Part shown: in pieces, positions 27,642 to 42,021 of the stretch
Layout: each line of letters starts with the position of its first letter
Position numbering within the stretch: position 1 is the first letter of the stretch
Assembly (NCBI GenBank): GCA_951406725.2
Contig: OX597829.1
Location: 16,430,001-16,494,000, forward strand
Source: Octopus vulgaris
Lineage: Eukaryota
Length of the DNA: 64,000 nt
Direction of reading: 5' to 3'
Translations under genes and position numbers: made by a program
The notes under the pieces: model-generated
Databases searched by the model: none
What the model was told of the DNA's origin: nothing
What the model saw: only the letters and a program-made list of their open reading frames with translations

Positions 27642-28610
27642 TAATAATAATAATAATAATAATGGCAATGGTGACCCCTGTGAACTAAGGTGCACAAGCA
27701 TGTGTGTGTATGTGAGAATGGTGTGTGAGAGGGTGTATGTGTAAATGGGGGTGAGTATGTGAGCACGTATGCGTGGGTGAGTGTGTGTGTGTGCATATGG
27801 ACATGTGTATATGTATGAGTATGCGTATGGACGCATGTATATGTGTAGGGCTAACGTGTGCATGTGTGTTGCAGTTGATATGTGCTTGTTCAGGTGGTGT
27901 GTGCTTCTGTATAATGTATGTTTGTGGGCAAAAGTTATCTGTGTTTATGCATGTTGCATGTAGTTATGTGTGTCATGTGTGTGTGTATGCATATATTCTC
28001 TGTGCTCAGGTATTTTGTGCGTGTGTGGATGTGGGGGCATGCATGATGGTGTGTGGTGTATGTAGTGAGTTAAGCAGTGTGTAGGGCTGTTTGTATAGTG
28101 GTATATATAGTGACACTATTGAAGATTGAGTGTGGGTGTGTGGATAATGGTGTGTGGTATGGGCGTTAAGAAATATTTGGTGTGTGTTTGGAGTGGGAAG
28201 GTGTTTGTGGGTGTGTGAAGTGAGTAATGAGTTGAACAGTGCGTATGGGTGCTTGTATAGTGGTGTGTGTGTGTGGTGAGGGTACTAAGGTAGGTATGCA
28301 TGTGTGTAGGTGGAAGGAGGCAGTTGAGTGCGGGAGATATGTGGTAATCCGTGTGGTATTGATGCCAGATGAAGAGAAATAGTGAGTTGGGCCCATATGG
28401 GACAAAGGAATGAAGAGAAATGATTAACTCTTGTTTATGGCAAAGGCTGGATTCACGATGATTCTAGAGACAGTCTGAATGCAGACAGATGGTGTATTGA
28501 ATGACCAGTAGAGCAGAAGGGGCTCGAGACCAGGGGCTCAAGACCAGGGTCTCGTTGCCAAGTTTGATGTGTTGGAGGTGCTCTGCAAACCAGTCAGCCA
28601 AGCGGTATCG
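27340..28610 (-). mobile_element. Neptune-like PLE 3' fragment, same family as 23722-24832
   Basis: RLADWFAEHLQHIKLGN..FCSTGHS..KQELIISLHSFVPYGPN, with the same 3' tail (CTAATACACCTG..CTTTTGTTTT). Confidence 0.75.
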
Positions 28611-28680
28611 CATTTATATGTATAAATATGTATATATATATATATATATCTATACAATATGTTACATTACTCGGTAGTCA

Positions 28681-28743
28681 AGATAAAACTCTGAGTTTCA
28701 GATGCCGAAGTGGAAATCCACAACACCATCTCTTCAGTTATCT
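28681..28743 (-). ncRNA. Hammerhead ribozyme motif (same family as 45611-45673)
   Basis: AGATAA CTGAAGA GATG...CATC T GAA ACTCAGAGT T TTATCT: 6-bp stem I, extended stem II, one extra U before GAAA. Confidence 0.7.
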
Positions 28744-28797
28744 GGCTATTTGAAAAAAACCTATTTATTACATAGATTATTCTATGAAAAATATACC

Positions 28798-28836
<39 letters not shown>

Positions 28837-28850
28837 CATATATATATATA

Positions 28851-28906
<56 letters not shown>

Positions 28907-29008
28907 CATACATGCATACATACATACATACACACACGTATATACATATGTAAACACACATGTTTATATACATATATCATCATCATTTAACTACCATTTT
29001 CCATTTAA

Positions 29009-29083
<75 letters not shown>

Positions 29084-29389
29084 GGCGCGGGCATGGCTTG
29101 TAGGCATGGGCATGGCTTGTAGGTGCGAGCATGGCTGTGTGGTTAGGGAGCTTGCTTCCTAGCTACATGGTTTCAGGTTCAGTCCCACTGCATGGCACTT
29201 TGGGTTGGTGTCTTCCACTATAGCCCCAAGCCGACCGGAGCTTTGTGATTGAATTTGGTAGGCGGAAGTTACTGCCATGTGTGTATATGTGCGTGTAAGT
29301 GGTCAGTGTCTCTCCGATAGAGAGAGAGGGATATGTATACATATATATATACATGTATATACATATATAAACATATATATATATATATA

Positions 29390-29431
<42 letters not shown>

Positions 29432-30119
29432 TACATACATACACATATACATAAAACACCATATATAGCAGGAATCTTTCACTTTCCACCTACCAGATCC
29501 ACTCACAAGGCTTCGGGCTACCCAAAGCTATAGCAGAAGTCATTAGCACAAGGTGCCACACACACACACACACAGGAACTGAACCCAGAACCAGAATCCT
29601 CAAGAACTGTGTGGCTTGAAAACAAAACTTCTTACCACGCAGCCAGCCAAAGTAAATCAAACCAAAACAAAAGAAAACAAGCTGCAAACATGGAGATAAT
29701 TCTGAAAAACAAGATAAATAAACAAACAGTTTACTGTTTGCCCTTTTGTAACATCTCCGTCTTATCGCATTACCAGCGCTACCACCACTAACTACCACCA
29801 CTACAACCCCCACTTTGTTACTTCGATTCCGTCTCTCTCTCTCTCTCTCCTATTTTTCTCTTTCTCTCCTCCTATTTCTCTTTCTCTCCCTCTTGCTCTC
29901 TCTCCTATCTATCTATTTATCTATCTCTATCTATCTATCTATCTATCTAGTTAGCTATCTATCTATCTGTCTCTATCTATCTATCAACTAATCTTCTCTC
30001 TCTCTCTCTCCCTCCCTCTTTTTATCTCTCTGTATGTATCTGTATATCTATTGTTCTATTTGTCTGTCTACCTATCTCTCTTTTATTATCTATCTATCTA
30101 TCCATCTATCTATCTATCC

Positions 30120-30179
<60 letters not shown>

Positions 30180-30408
30180 CTCCCTCTCTCTCTCTCCCTC
30201 TCTCTCTCTCTCCCTCTCTCTCTCTCTTTCTCTCTCTCTCTCCCAATAATTTTAAGTTAGCTCTTGTTTGTCTTCTGTTGCTGCCTCTTCTTCTGCTGGA
30301 TCAAATAACGACTGTTTATGACTTCAATTAAATGCCAGGTTCCTCTTCTCATTTGTGACCTAAATGCCATTCTTTAGCTGCAATAATACAACGAAACTAC
30401 TACCACCA

Positions 30409-30466
<58 letters not shown>

Positions 30467-30897
30467 CACCACCACCACCACCACCACCGAAGCCGCTACC
30501 ACCACAACCACCACCACCATTTGAAAACGAAATAAAAGAATGAGTATCATATGTGGTTCTGACTTCCAGGAAATTGTAGTCAGATCTCCCTCAAATCTTA
30601 GCTGATCATTCAGCCTTCAACATGGATCCACAACCCCATTCCGAACAATTAGGATTTAGGGTAACCTTTCAATCACTTAATACAAAAAAACATGGTCCAC
30701 AAGACCTCTGATCAAATGATTTTCCTGGGTCACCATCTCACCCCTGTAAGCAAATCCATTACAGGTTTGTTCATTTACAGCTGAAGGAATTAAAATTGTG
30801 GAATGAAGTGTTTTTTCTCATAAACGAAATACTCTGCCCAGTTTGGGAATTGAAATTTTGATCCCACAATTGTGACTGAAACACCCTAACCAATAGA

Positions 30898-31452
30898 CGA
30901 GTGGCTGTGTGGTAAGTAGCTTGTTTACCAACCACATGGTTCCGGGTTCAGTCCCCCCACGTGGTATCTTGGGCAAGTGTCTTCTACTATAGCCTCGGGC
31001 CAATCAAAGCCTTGTGAGTGGATTTGGTAGGCAGAAACTGAAAGAAGCCCATCGTATATATGTATATATACAAAGTGGATTCCTTATGTGTTTAAATATA
31101 CACTATATCGTATGACTAATATATAGCCTTTATGACTAAATTTTTTTACACGTTAGACCACTGGAAATGTAAATTTTAATTAATTTCCATTTCCCTTTGA
31201 TATGATTAAATACTGTATGTATATATATATGTGTGTGTGTATGTGTATGTTTTTGTGTGTCTGTGTTTGTCCCCCTAGCATTGCTTGACAACCGATGCTG
31301 GTGTGTTTACGTCCCCATCATTTAGTGGTTCAGCAAAAGACCGATAAAATAAGTACTGGGCTTACAAAGAATAAGTCCTGGGGTCGATTTGGTCGACAAA
31401 AGGCGGTGCTCCAGCATGGCCACAGTCAAAATGACTGAAACAAGTAAAAGAG
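30898..31452 (+). mobile_element. SINE family B with a ~150-bp insert in its internal (TA)n
   Basis: Full head and tail are present; 31071-31215 is absent from the other copies. Confidence 0.8.
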
Positions 31453-32899
31453 TTAGACATTTTTTATAACAGTCAAATACAGGCATATAAAATACCATAC
31501 ACCATAAATTTTTGATTTGTTAAAATGATCTCTGCTTCTATAGGATTTATCTTAATTACCAAATGTCAATTCATACACCTCCACTGAAGTGGGGAAGATA
31601 ATCCCAAGATTCAAGAATTTTCCAGAACTGCCATGCTTTTAAGGTAAAGGACATGTTTATTAGAAATATTAAATTTCTAAATATCTCAGAGAGATATGAG
31701 CGGTGGTGGAACAATAGAGCGGTTGTATACTGTCAACTTAATGTGACAGTCCTGTAAAGGGAAACATACCACTGCTATTTAGCCCTAGGAAGCATCGACG
31801 CTTCCTGTCGGCTTTGACACATTTCCTGTGTCCTTATATTTACGAAGGGGAGACAAGCACCCCTAACAGCTAGGCGCAGATAAGAGGGCAGTCATTTACA
31901 TGTTTCTGGCTCTATACTGCATGACAGCTGTCCAACATTATCCCCAGTGGTCATAGGACTGAGAGTTGAAAACAGTCATGGCACAAGTAATTGTGGATAA
32001 GCTAAACAACAACAAAAAAAAAAGGAAAAGAAATGAATAAAGAAAAGTAACTCAAAGTGACTAGTAGCATATATTTGAATAACATTTAAGCCAGCCATAT
32101 CCAACCAGAATATTCTACCTATTTTAAGTTCAGACCAGCCAGATTTGAACTCTTACATCCACCCTACAATGTTAATCTAAAAGTAAACAAGCACATTATT
32201 TGAAATTATGAAGCTACAAGATAATGCAGGATTAATTAACAAAATGTGAATAAATAAGCAAAACATTTAATAAAGTAATCTGAATGCTAAAGAGTTAAAT
32301 ACAAAAGAATTGTTGATTTATTGAAATTATCTCCACCTTTAAGAGGATGCATCATAATTATCAAATGGCAATTAAGACCAACTTCTTTTGAGAAGAAGAG
32401 ATAATCTCAATCAAGAATTCTCCAGAATTAACATGCCTATTTCTTTACTACCCACAAGGGGCTAAAGACAGAGAGGACAAAGAAGGACAGACAAAGGGAT
32501 CAAGTCGATTACATTGACCTCAGTGCGCAGCTGATACTTAATTTATCAACCCTGAAAGGATGAAAGGCAAAGTCGACCTCGGTGGAATTTGAACTCAGAA
32601 CATAACGGCAGACGAAATACAGCTAAGCATTTCACCCGGCATGCTAACGATTCTGCCATTAAGCTAAAGGGGCGGTTTACTGTCTTGAGATTAGAGGACA
32701 GTCATGGGCATGCATTTCTAGCTCTATTACCTTTGTTTGCTTGACAATTTTCTAACATTATCTCCAGTAACCAAAGAAATTACACTTATACAAAACAGAG
32801 TAGAAAACAAATATGTCTGAAGTAAAACAAAGCAATAAAAAAAGAGCTAAGATAAATAACTGGAAGAGGCTAGTTATTTATTTTAGTTCGTTTTACTTT

Positions 32900-33175
32900 T
32901 GTCCACATATCAGAAAGAAGACAGGTGATTAGCATAGTCACTAAGTTGGCTACCCACTTACGGAGTTTGAAGACCAGCTCCAAGTCTCATACAATCATGT
33001 GGAAAATCACAGAAAGATCCCTGTTATATGTTACTGGATAAAAAACAATGCAAGTTATTCATAGCTGAAAGATCACATCTCCTTTTTAGATTTAAGGATT
33101 CCCACCTCACTGCTGAATTCCAGATCAGAAATTTTCAGCAAATGCAAACATATGGGCAAGTTTCTTTTGGTAAAG
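32900..33175 (+). pseudogene. Naiad-like PLE endonuclease C-terminal remnant
   Basis: TKLATHLRSLK...IMWKI; CKLFIAER..; LLNSRSEIFSKCKHMGKFLL, matching the LN.RSE..SKCRH..KF terminus. Confidence 0.65.
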
Positions 33176-33715
33176 AAACCAGACACCACACTCTCTGAAT
33201 TAAGCAGCTGTATTGCAGACTTCTGTTGATTCTACACTATCTAACTTTGACTCTACAATCAAAGGAGACACAATTCTAATTCATTTTTTTCCTTTCTTTT
33301 TCTGTTGTTTTCACCATTCCACTTTTTGAACCCAACTTCATCTCATTTTACTCGTGATTTCTAGTGTTCTATTTTTCTGATTTGTAACTTGCATAGGCCA
33401 TGTGCTCAGAGCCTGGAGATTACTTGGAGACACTGTGTGTTTTAAAACCTGTCTAGCTAATATCTTATATGTGTGAAACTGTTAGTAGCGCATAACTATA
33501 TACTGTGTACATTAAACACTATATATACACTATAATTTACAAGGAAAGATCCAGAGAAATAGTTACCAGGGTAGCCAAATGTCACATAAGCACTTAAGAA
33601 ATTAGTAACCACACTTACATGGGTAATAATTCTGAGGAGAAGTGACGTGTTTTGGAGAATGTAAGAGAAATGGAAAATGGAGACAAATGCACAAGATGCT
33701 ATTTAAATCATTTAT

Positions 33716-33801
33716 ATCACCGACATATGTTTAGATTGATATGTTAAAATTAATCCAGGAGAAAAAATAATATGGAATAATGTATCAATCTCATCAGGGA
33801 G
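33716..33801 (-). ncRNA. Decayed hammerhead motif inside a foldback unit
   Basis: CTGATGA GATTGATA...TATCAATC (T)AAA CATATGT C. The opposite arm (about 33853-33878) retains GAAACATATGT. Confidence 0.55.
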
Positions 33802-33927
33802 GAGATTATAAATAACAGTGTTCATCGATAAGTCTCCTGGAATAATTTTAACATATCAATGGAAACATATGTTGGTGATATAAATGATTTAAATAACATC
33901 TTGTGCATGTCTCCATTTTCCATTTCT

Positions 33928-33987
<60 letters not shown>

Positions 33988-34231
33988 TCTTTTCTACCCA
34001 CAAGGGGCTAAACACAGAGGGGACAAACAAGAACAGACAAGCGGATTAAGTCAATTACATCGACCCCAATGCATAACTGGTACTTAATTTATCGACCCCC
34101 AAAAGGATGAAAGGCAAAGTTGACCTCGGCGGAATTTGAACTCAGAACGTAATGGCAGATGAAATACAGCTACGCATTTCGCCCGGCGTGCTAACATTTC
34201 TGCCAGCTTGCCTTATATATATGTGTGTGTA

Positions 34232-34269
<38 letters not shown>

Positions 34270-34760
34270 ACATCAAGTATAGGACATCACCAACAAGTGA
34301 AAAATATGCAAACACATAATGAGAGGCAAGTACAGGACAAAATATCAAAAGAAGTCTAACCCCTCTTCAGTTGTTGACTGTTTATCATCCCTATTTTGAG
34401 CTTTTAACAACAATATAGGAAACTTTCATGAAACAGCAGCATTCAGAAATTTTTTAAATTTGTGGAAAGTTAGAGCTTTGAGTGAGAAAACAATGACAGA
34501 GTGGATGTACAGAGTAAACACTTGATACAGACAAATATTAAGGGCTGTTAGGCCAAGATGCATTGTAATGGGTAACACTTGGGAGAAATTTTGAAAGAAT
34601 ATAGAATAAATAGAAGAAAATAGCTGAGGAAAAAAAAAAGAGAAAAATGTCAGGAGGCGACAAAAATGACATCCAGCTAAGTGCACGTCACGGCCAGAAA
34701 AGACAGATATGAGAGAAATGGCAAGTAGTCAAGTAGGAGCAAACAGGTAGAGGAGAAGGG

Positions 34761-35270
34761 AGACAAGAGACAAAAGCTGGTGCTATGGCTATGACCCAGA
34801 AATGAATCAACAATCAAGTCAATGGAAGCATTCAGTGTTACCACATCACAAAAATGCGTATTAAGGGATTTCCAATGTCAAAACAAGGCTGATTTGTTTC
34901 ATTGATGCAAAAGAAATTTTCCACACATTTTACTTAGCAGTTCCAAAGCATTTGTGAGACATGGTGAAACAAAAACGTCCTAACCTGTGACAAAGTTGTG
35001 AGTGGTGGTTTCATCATGACAATGCACCTACACACACTGCCTTGAGTGTGAAACAGTTTTTGACCAAAACTGCATGACCTCACTTACCCACCCTCCCTTT
35101 TCACCCAATCTTGCTCTTTGCAATTTTTTTTTTTTTTTGTTCCTCTGAATGAAAAAAGTCCTTGAAAGAAAACGTTTAGCATATGTAGAAGGGTAGAAAA
35201 AAATGGTGGAGGCATCAAAAGGCATCATTTTGCAAGAGTTCTAGGACTACTTCGAAGTGGAACACGTTTG
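34761..35270 (+). pseudogene. mariner transposase catalytic-domain relic
   Basis: SWCYGYDPE..QSSQWK; WFHHDNAPTH; HPPFSPNLALCNFF, with many stops. Confidence 0.88.
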
Positions 35271-35421
35271 TCTTCTGAAAAATGTGTGCGTGCTTGCGTG
35301 TGTGTGTGTGTGTGTGTGAGTGTGTGTTATGTTCTTGAGCAGGACACTTCATTTCATGTTGCTTCAATTCGCTCATCTGTAGAAATGAGTTGTGATGTCA
35401 CTGGTGCCAAGCCATATCAGC

Positions 35422-35474
<53 letters not shown>

Positions 35475-35779
35475 TGTTTACTTCATTTTTGTATTTGGCT
35501 TCCATGATTCTTGATTTGGACGTATGTGTTGAAACAAATTTTGTTGAATCTTGGGAGAATCATTAGACCAATAATAATAAACATACACACTGATTCAATA
35601 ACACTTCTTTGTTGTTAGCAAATTGGTTAAATATCCAATCAACTATCAATAATTAACAAGCACATTAAACAAGCAATCAATTAGTTAGTTAGTTGGATTT
35701 TTACCAATTGACTAAAAGTAAAGAAGTGATGTTGGACCAACGCATGTAGTTAGTATTATTGGCATAATACCTCTGTGTA

Positions 35780-36114
35780 GGTGCATGGCTCAATGGTTAG
35801 AGCGTCGAGCTTACAATCATGAGGTTGTGATCTCGAATCCCGGACCGGGCTGCGTGTTGTGTTCTTGAGCAAGACACTTTATTTCACGTTGCTCCAATTC
35901 ACTCAGTTGCGACGTCACAGGTGCCAAGCTGTATCGGCCCTTGCCTTTCCCTTGGATAACATTAGTGGCTTGGAGAGGGGAGGCTGGTATGCATGGGCGA
36001 CTGCTGGTCTTCCATAAACAACCTTGCCCGGACTTGTGACTGGGAGGGTAATTTTCTAGGTGCAAGCCCATGGTTAGTGTCATGACTGAAAGGGGTCCTA
36101 GGCTCCAAGGTCAG
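35780..36114 (+). mobile_element. tRNA-derived SINE with 11-bp TSD
   Basis: TSD ACCTCTGTGTA at 35769-35779 and 36115-36125; TGGCTCAATGG and TCGAATCC boxes; TTCTTGAGCAAGACACTT core. A fragment lies at about 35322-35423. Confidence 0.82.
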
Positions 36115-36812
36115 ACCTCTGTGTAATAATATGCAAAATGATGGGATAGTCAGCATTGGAAGGACTGTGTTGAAAACTTTCCTCTTTCAGAACTGACAAG
36201 GAGCTAAATGATAACAGTGATGATAATGGTGAAGACACAACAACTACAACAAAAGAGATCAGAAGAGTCAATATGTAACTAAATATGGTGTTGTATGATA
36301 TTTAAGATCATATCCAGTGTCCTAACAAGAACAAACAGTAAACAGACTCATACGCCTACACAGAAAGACATATAATATACACCCCTTCCACAACCACAGG
36401 TGTTTAAACATACACACCGAGAGAGAGAGAGAGAGAGAGACAAACAAATGCATTGTATTCAACAGTCTCTTGAGAAAATTAATTCGAATTAGCACATACA
36501 CACAAATATAATATATCAGCATAGATTTGTACATGCACAAACACAGATGTATGTATACATACAAGCATACACACACACACACGTATATATATACGGATCA
36601 GCAAAAGTGACCAATAGAATAAGAACTAGGCTTACAAAGAATAAGTCCTGGGGTCGATTTGCTCAGCTAAAAGGCGGTGCTCCAGTATGGCCACAGTCAA
36701 ATGACTGAAACAAGTAAAAGAATAAAAGAATTTGAAATTATACACCTACACACCCACACACACACATACACATGTTATTGTGAGGATATAGATTCCTCTT
36801 AAAATATAATAT

Positions 36813-37028
<216 letters not shown>

Positions 37029-37454
37029 AATGATGATATTTAAACCAAGATCCGCTGGTTTAATATATTAAATATTGAAGAGATAATACATCCATGAATA
37101 TATCATATAGAATATTGTAAGATATCAGGCATTTTTATCGAGTTAGAAAACAGCGATATCTAATGGATACAAATTAATTTATTAATTAATCAACGTATTC
37201 ACCAAGAATTGTTTCCTTTCATAAACAAAATTGAAATTACAAAACATATAACTTTGCATTTTAAATACCTCGTATGGAAAATCATCAGGATTTGCAGAGG
37301 GCAATAAGGATAACATTTGTATAACTTTTGGAATACACAGAATAAGCAGGCATATTTACTATGTGTATATGTATATGTGTATGTGTGCGTGTGTGCGTGT
37401 GTGTGTGCATACATGCGTTAAAATTATTCCTTTTATTTCAATTCAATAATAATG

Positions 37455-37536
<82 letters not shown>

Positions 37537-37630
37537 TAACGATAACAATAATAATAATAATAGTAATAATAATAACAACAACAACAACAATAATAATAAT
37601 AATAACAACAATAATAATAATAATAATAAT

Positions 37631-38186
37631 AAATGCCCTGATGCAGTACCAGGCAGTGGCTCTCATGGCTTCTGATCTTAACTGATTGGAAGTGTTAGCA
37701 TGTACATTGTTTTGTCTTGGTATAAAAGATGGGCTACAGCAAATATTCTGCTCAATACCACAGATTTGCTTGTCAGTTGTTTGACCTTAACCAGTTGAGC
37801 ATGTCCCTCAGTGGCTGACAATATGTGCATCTCTGATCACGAGCAGAAGTAGTGGGGGAGCATCATAGCCATGTGTTGAGAGGGATTCTTTGGGGTTTGA
37901 ATAATTCACCTCTGGAAACATGGGTGGTTCATTCAACATCCTTAAACAACCCTTATTCGGGGACCTTTTGGGTGGGATGGGCTATTCAACCAGAAGAAAA
38001 TTCTAACTGGGCCCCACCTGCAAGGTCATGTGCTGTTTAGCTTTTATGAGATCACCATGTCGCGCACGTATGTTGTGATGCATGTGCCTGGTGTACCCTT
38101 ATCAGACGGGTAGTCATGATGGGTATATTGGGCTTCGTATATTTTACCCCTGTGTCACTTTGATGGCATGAACTGCTCTCTCACTC
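37631..38186 (+). mobile_element. Family D element in (AAT)n
   Basis: Highly similar to 16333-16890 with the same two boundaries. Confidence 0.8.
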
Positions 38187-38782
38187 GATAATAATAATAA
38201 TGATAGTAATAATCATGAATGATGGGTTATATGATATATGGTAAAGAAATATAATGAATAAAATAAAATAAAGGAAAAAGAAAATTTATGTTCATGGAAT
38301 AAAATAAAGTAAAACCTCACCCAGGGTACTGATATTTTCCGTGCCAGTGGCACGTAAAAAGCACCAACAGATCATGGGTGTTACCAGACTATCCTGACAC
38401 CTGCCGGTGGCACGCAAAAAGCACCATCCGTATGTGGCCGATGCCAGCACCACCATGACTGGCTTCCATGCTGGTGGCACATAAAAAGTACCAAGCGATC
38501 GGAGCCACTGCCAGCTTCCCCTGGCACCTGTGCCAGTGGCACATAAAAGGCACCCACTACACTCTCTGGAGTGGTTGGTGTTAGGAAGAGCATCCAGCTG
38601 TAGAAACACTGCCAGATCAGACTGGAGCCTGGTGCAGCCTCCTGGCTTCCCAGACCCCGGTCGAACCATCCAACCCATGCTAGAATGGAAAGTAGACGTT
38701 AAATGATGATGATGATGATGAAAACAGAAACAAAATTTATACATGTGTTTGTATATGTGCCCATGTACATGTACACAAGTGC

Positions 38783-38821
<39 letters not shown>

Positions 38822-39167
38822 GGAGTAAACAAGGTGGAAAAAAGAGTACTCAAATACCAGTGGTAGAGTAATATGCTCTCCTTTTTTCTCTCCTTCTTTC
38901 TGTGTTTTCTTCTTTCTGTGTTCCTCTCTGTGTATCTTTCTGTTGAAGAGCGTAGGCTCGAAACGTTAAAGACTTGTTTTATTTATATTTCCTGAGTGCC
39001 AACTAATACAATTGTTTGTTTGTTTCCTGCCTTCGTCTTTGTCTATTTTCATAAAGCTTCCGTTATATATATATATATATATACCAGAAACAAGGTGGAA
39101 AAAGAGTACTCCAATACCAGTGGTAGAGTAATATGCTTTATTTAAAGCAGCAGAAAATTCAACAAAA

Positions 39168-39207
39168 CCTGTTACTCTGAGTTTCACATTCCCATTCGTC
39201 GGACAGG
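39168..39207 (-). ncRNA. Hammerhead variant (CCGACGA core, GGAA tetraloop on stem II)
   Basis: CCTGT CCGACGA ATG GGAA TGT GAA ACTCAGAGT A ACAGG. The mirror copy at about 39224-39262 has stem II ACG-GGAA-CGT; a third copy lies at about 54235-54272. Confidence 0.55.
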
Positions 39208-39293
39208 AGTCAGGGTAGAAAAACTGTCCAACGAACGGGAACGTGAAACTCAGAGTAACAGGTTTTGTTGAATTTTCTGCTGCTTTAAATAAA

Positions 39294-39329
<36 letters not shown>

Positions 39330-41287
39330 GCAACAAGTCTGTATGTCAATATGTACATCAATATGTATGCACATTGGTATATATGTTTCTTTCTGGTTTA
39401 CTTCTTTAGGTATATAGATTAATTTATATATGAGCAGAAATAAAGTAAAGATAAGATAAAAATGAAATACAAATATAAAATGAATAATAAAACAAAAAAT
39501 AAAAAATCTAAAATAAAAAAGTAAAAATAGAATATATATATATATACATGCATGTATGTATATATATGTATATATATAATGTATGTGTATATATATATGT
39601 ATATATATGTATATATTTATATAATGTATGTGTATATATGTGTGTATGTAAATGTATACATGTATAGGTTACAGGGATGTAAACAAAACAACATTAATTG
39701 TCAAGGGTTGATGGGGGATGAACACAAACTTTAAGACACACATAAATGGGCTGAGTGTGGGCTTTTAAAGTTGATGGTTGTTCCAATATATTTCAAAAAT
39801 ATACTCTTAAAAATGACAATGAATCATTTGCAGTTGGATTGCAATGGACAGTTAGCATGCATTCTGAAGTTACAGTTGGAGTCAATTGGTTTACTCTTTT
39901 ATTTGTTTCAGTCATTTGACTTTGACCATGCTGGAGCACCACTTTTAGTCAAGCAAATTGACCCCAGAGCTTATTCTTTGCAGTACTTATTCTATTTACT
40001 GGGGACATAAACACATCAGCATCGGTTGTCAAGCTGTGTTGGGGGAACAAACACAGACACACAAACATATACACACACATACATATACATATATACACAT
40101 ATACGATGGGCTTCTTCCAGTTTCTATCTACCAAATCCACTCACAAGGCTTTGGTCAGCCCGAAGCTATAGTAGAAGACACTTGCCCAAGGTGTCACACA
40201 GTGGGACTGAACCCGAGCTACTTATCACACAGCCACCCCTGCGCCTCTTAATATTTAACCTACTTGAACTCTTTTTAAATCTGATAAGCACAATAAGTCT
40301 ACCTCACTAGCTGACCACATACATAACTTTCAGAAAAAATATGCCATATGATATAACTTGGTCTATCATTGATATTGGCTCTCCATACAGGGATGGTCCA
40401 AATGCTCCATACTGGTTAGGCTTGAAATAATCTATGCAAATACTATTGCATAACCCAACACAATTATTAAACAAGCAACATGAAATATTCTCCACCTGTT
40501 TTCATAAGTTCTTTAAGATCTTTCACTTTTACCTCAAATATAAATGCTGTAATATAAATCCCTTTACATTATTCTCTTACTCACTATTCTTAGTCGCACA
40601 AAGTAGACTTACTGCATACACGTATTTGAATTATTAAATTGATACATTTATTTTATTTTATTTGTTTTAACCTGTTATTCATCACTTTATTAATTTACCT
40701 AGCAACTACTTAATAAATACATTTTCATTCTTCACGCAACGTACAATTTAAATATTACATATTCAAATTAAATTAATATATTTACTTTATTTCACGTATT
40801 TTATTTTGTTTTAATCTGTTACACATCACTTTATTTTAATCTAGCAACAACGTAATATATTCTTCAATTTCACTGAACTTACAATTTAAATACTATTTCT
40901 TTGTTGTTAGAACCATTTAAAAGCTTGTTGTTTCTTAACCTTTACTCGATTTGCTTCTCTACCCTGCAGCTTCTTCTCCTGATACTTGAAATAACCCCTT
41001 CCTTCCCACATATACTGCTTGAATCACAATGCCAAGCTGCTATTGTCTGGCAATATTTTTCTATCTTGTTTGCAGCCCTTAAAAACTTACCCGAACCCCC
41101 AACCCACCTACTCGCTGTCTGATAATTCTAACACGCTTGCCACATTGGACATTGCCATTTTAAATATCATTTTTGTTGCTGCTGTAATACATCTGGTCAT
41201 TGTCATACTTTACCAATGAGCTTCCCCTACCCTAATCCTTTCAGCATTTCCCCAATTCCGTAATATATATTTTCCTCAAACTCTTAA

Positions 41288-41511
41288 CCCTTTAGTGTTT
41301 GCATTATTCTGCCAAAATTAATGCTTTTTTTTATCCACATTGTTTTGAACTAATTATACATTATTTTGTAGCTATGAGATTTTGATGAGGTAGCTGTTAA
41401 TTTTTAAAACAAATATTGTAGGGTTGGTGTAAGAGACAAGATCTGGCCAGTTTGAACATAAAACAGGCAGAACACTTTTGGCAGGATATGGCCGGTTTAG
41501 ATGCTAAAGGG
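41288..41511. mobile_element. piggyBac-like MITE
   Basis: TTAA|CCCTTTAG...CTAAAGGG|TTAA. Related copies at 42193-42406 and about 32080-32298 (inverted). Confidence 0.8.
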
Positions 41512-41894
41512 TTAAAATATATCTGTCTATTACTTGCTATGTGTGTTAGTCTCTATCTATCTTCATGCATTTGTGGCCCTACCTTTCCTTTCTATTGTCT
41601 TTTCTACCTTGCACAAGCTTCCCATGAATGCTCTGCCTCAATCTCTCTTCAACAATGGAACTGTTCACTACTATAATTCTCAACTCAGGATTTGCTTCAT
41701 TTTTCTCTCTGAAAATGGTATATTCTGCTACAATATAGGTAGCTTATCTTCATTCATTCAGAAATGCACCATATGTGCAGCTCTTCTGAAGACAGCTTGT
41801 AAGAGACTATCTGCACACCTCTTTACACCCTTATGTTTTACAATACACTCTATTCTAGCAACCCAGCAATTCTTAACCACTATGCCATATGCCC

Positions 41895-41960
41895 ATGGGC
41901 ATATGACATAGTTGTTAAGAGCACTGGCTATTAATCCCAAGCAGAGACCTGAACAATAAC

Positions 41961-42021
<61 letters not shown>

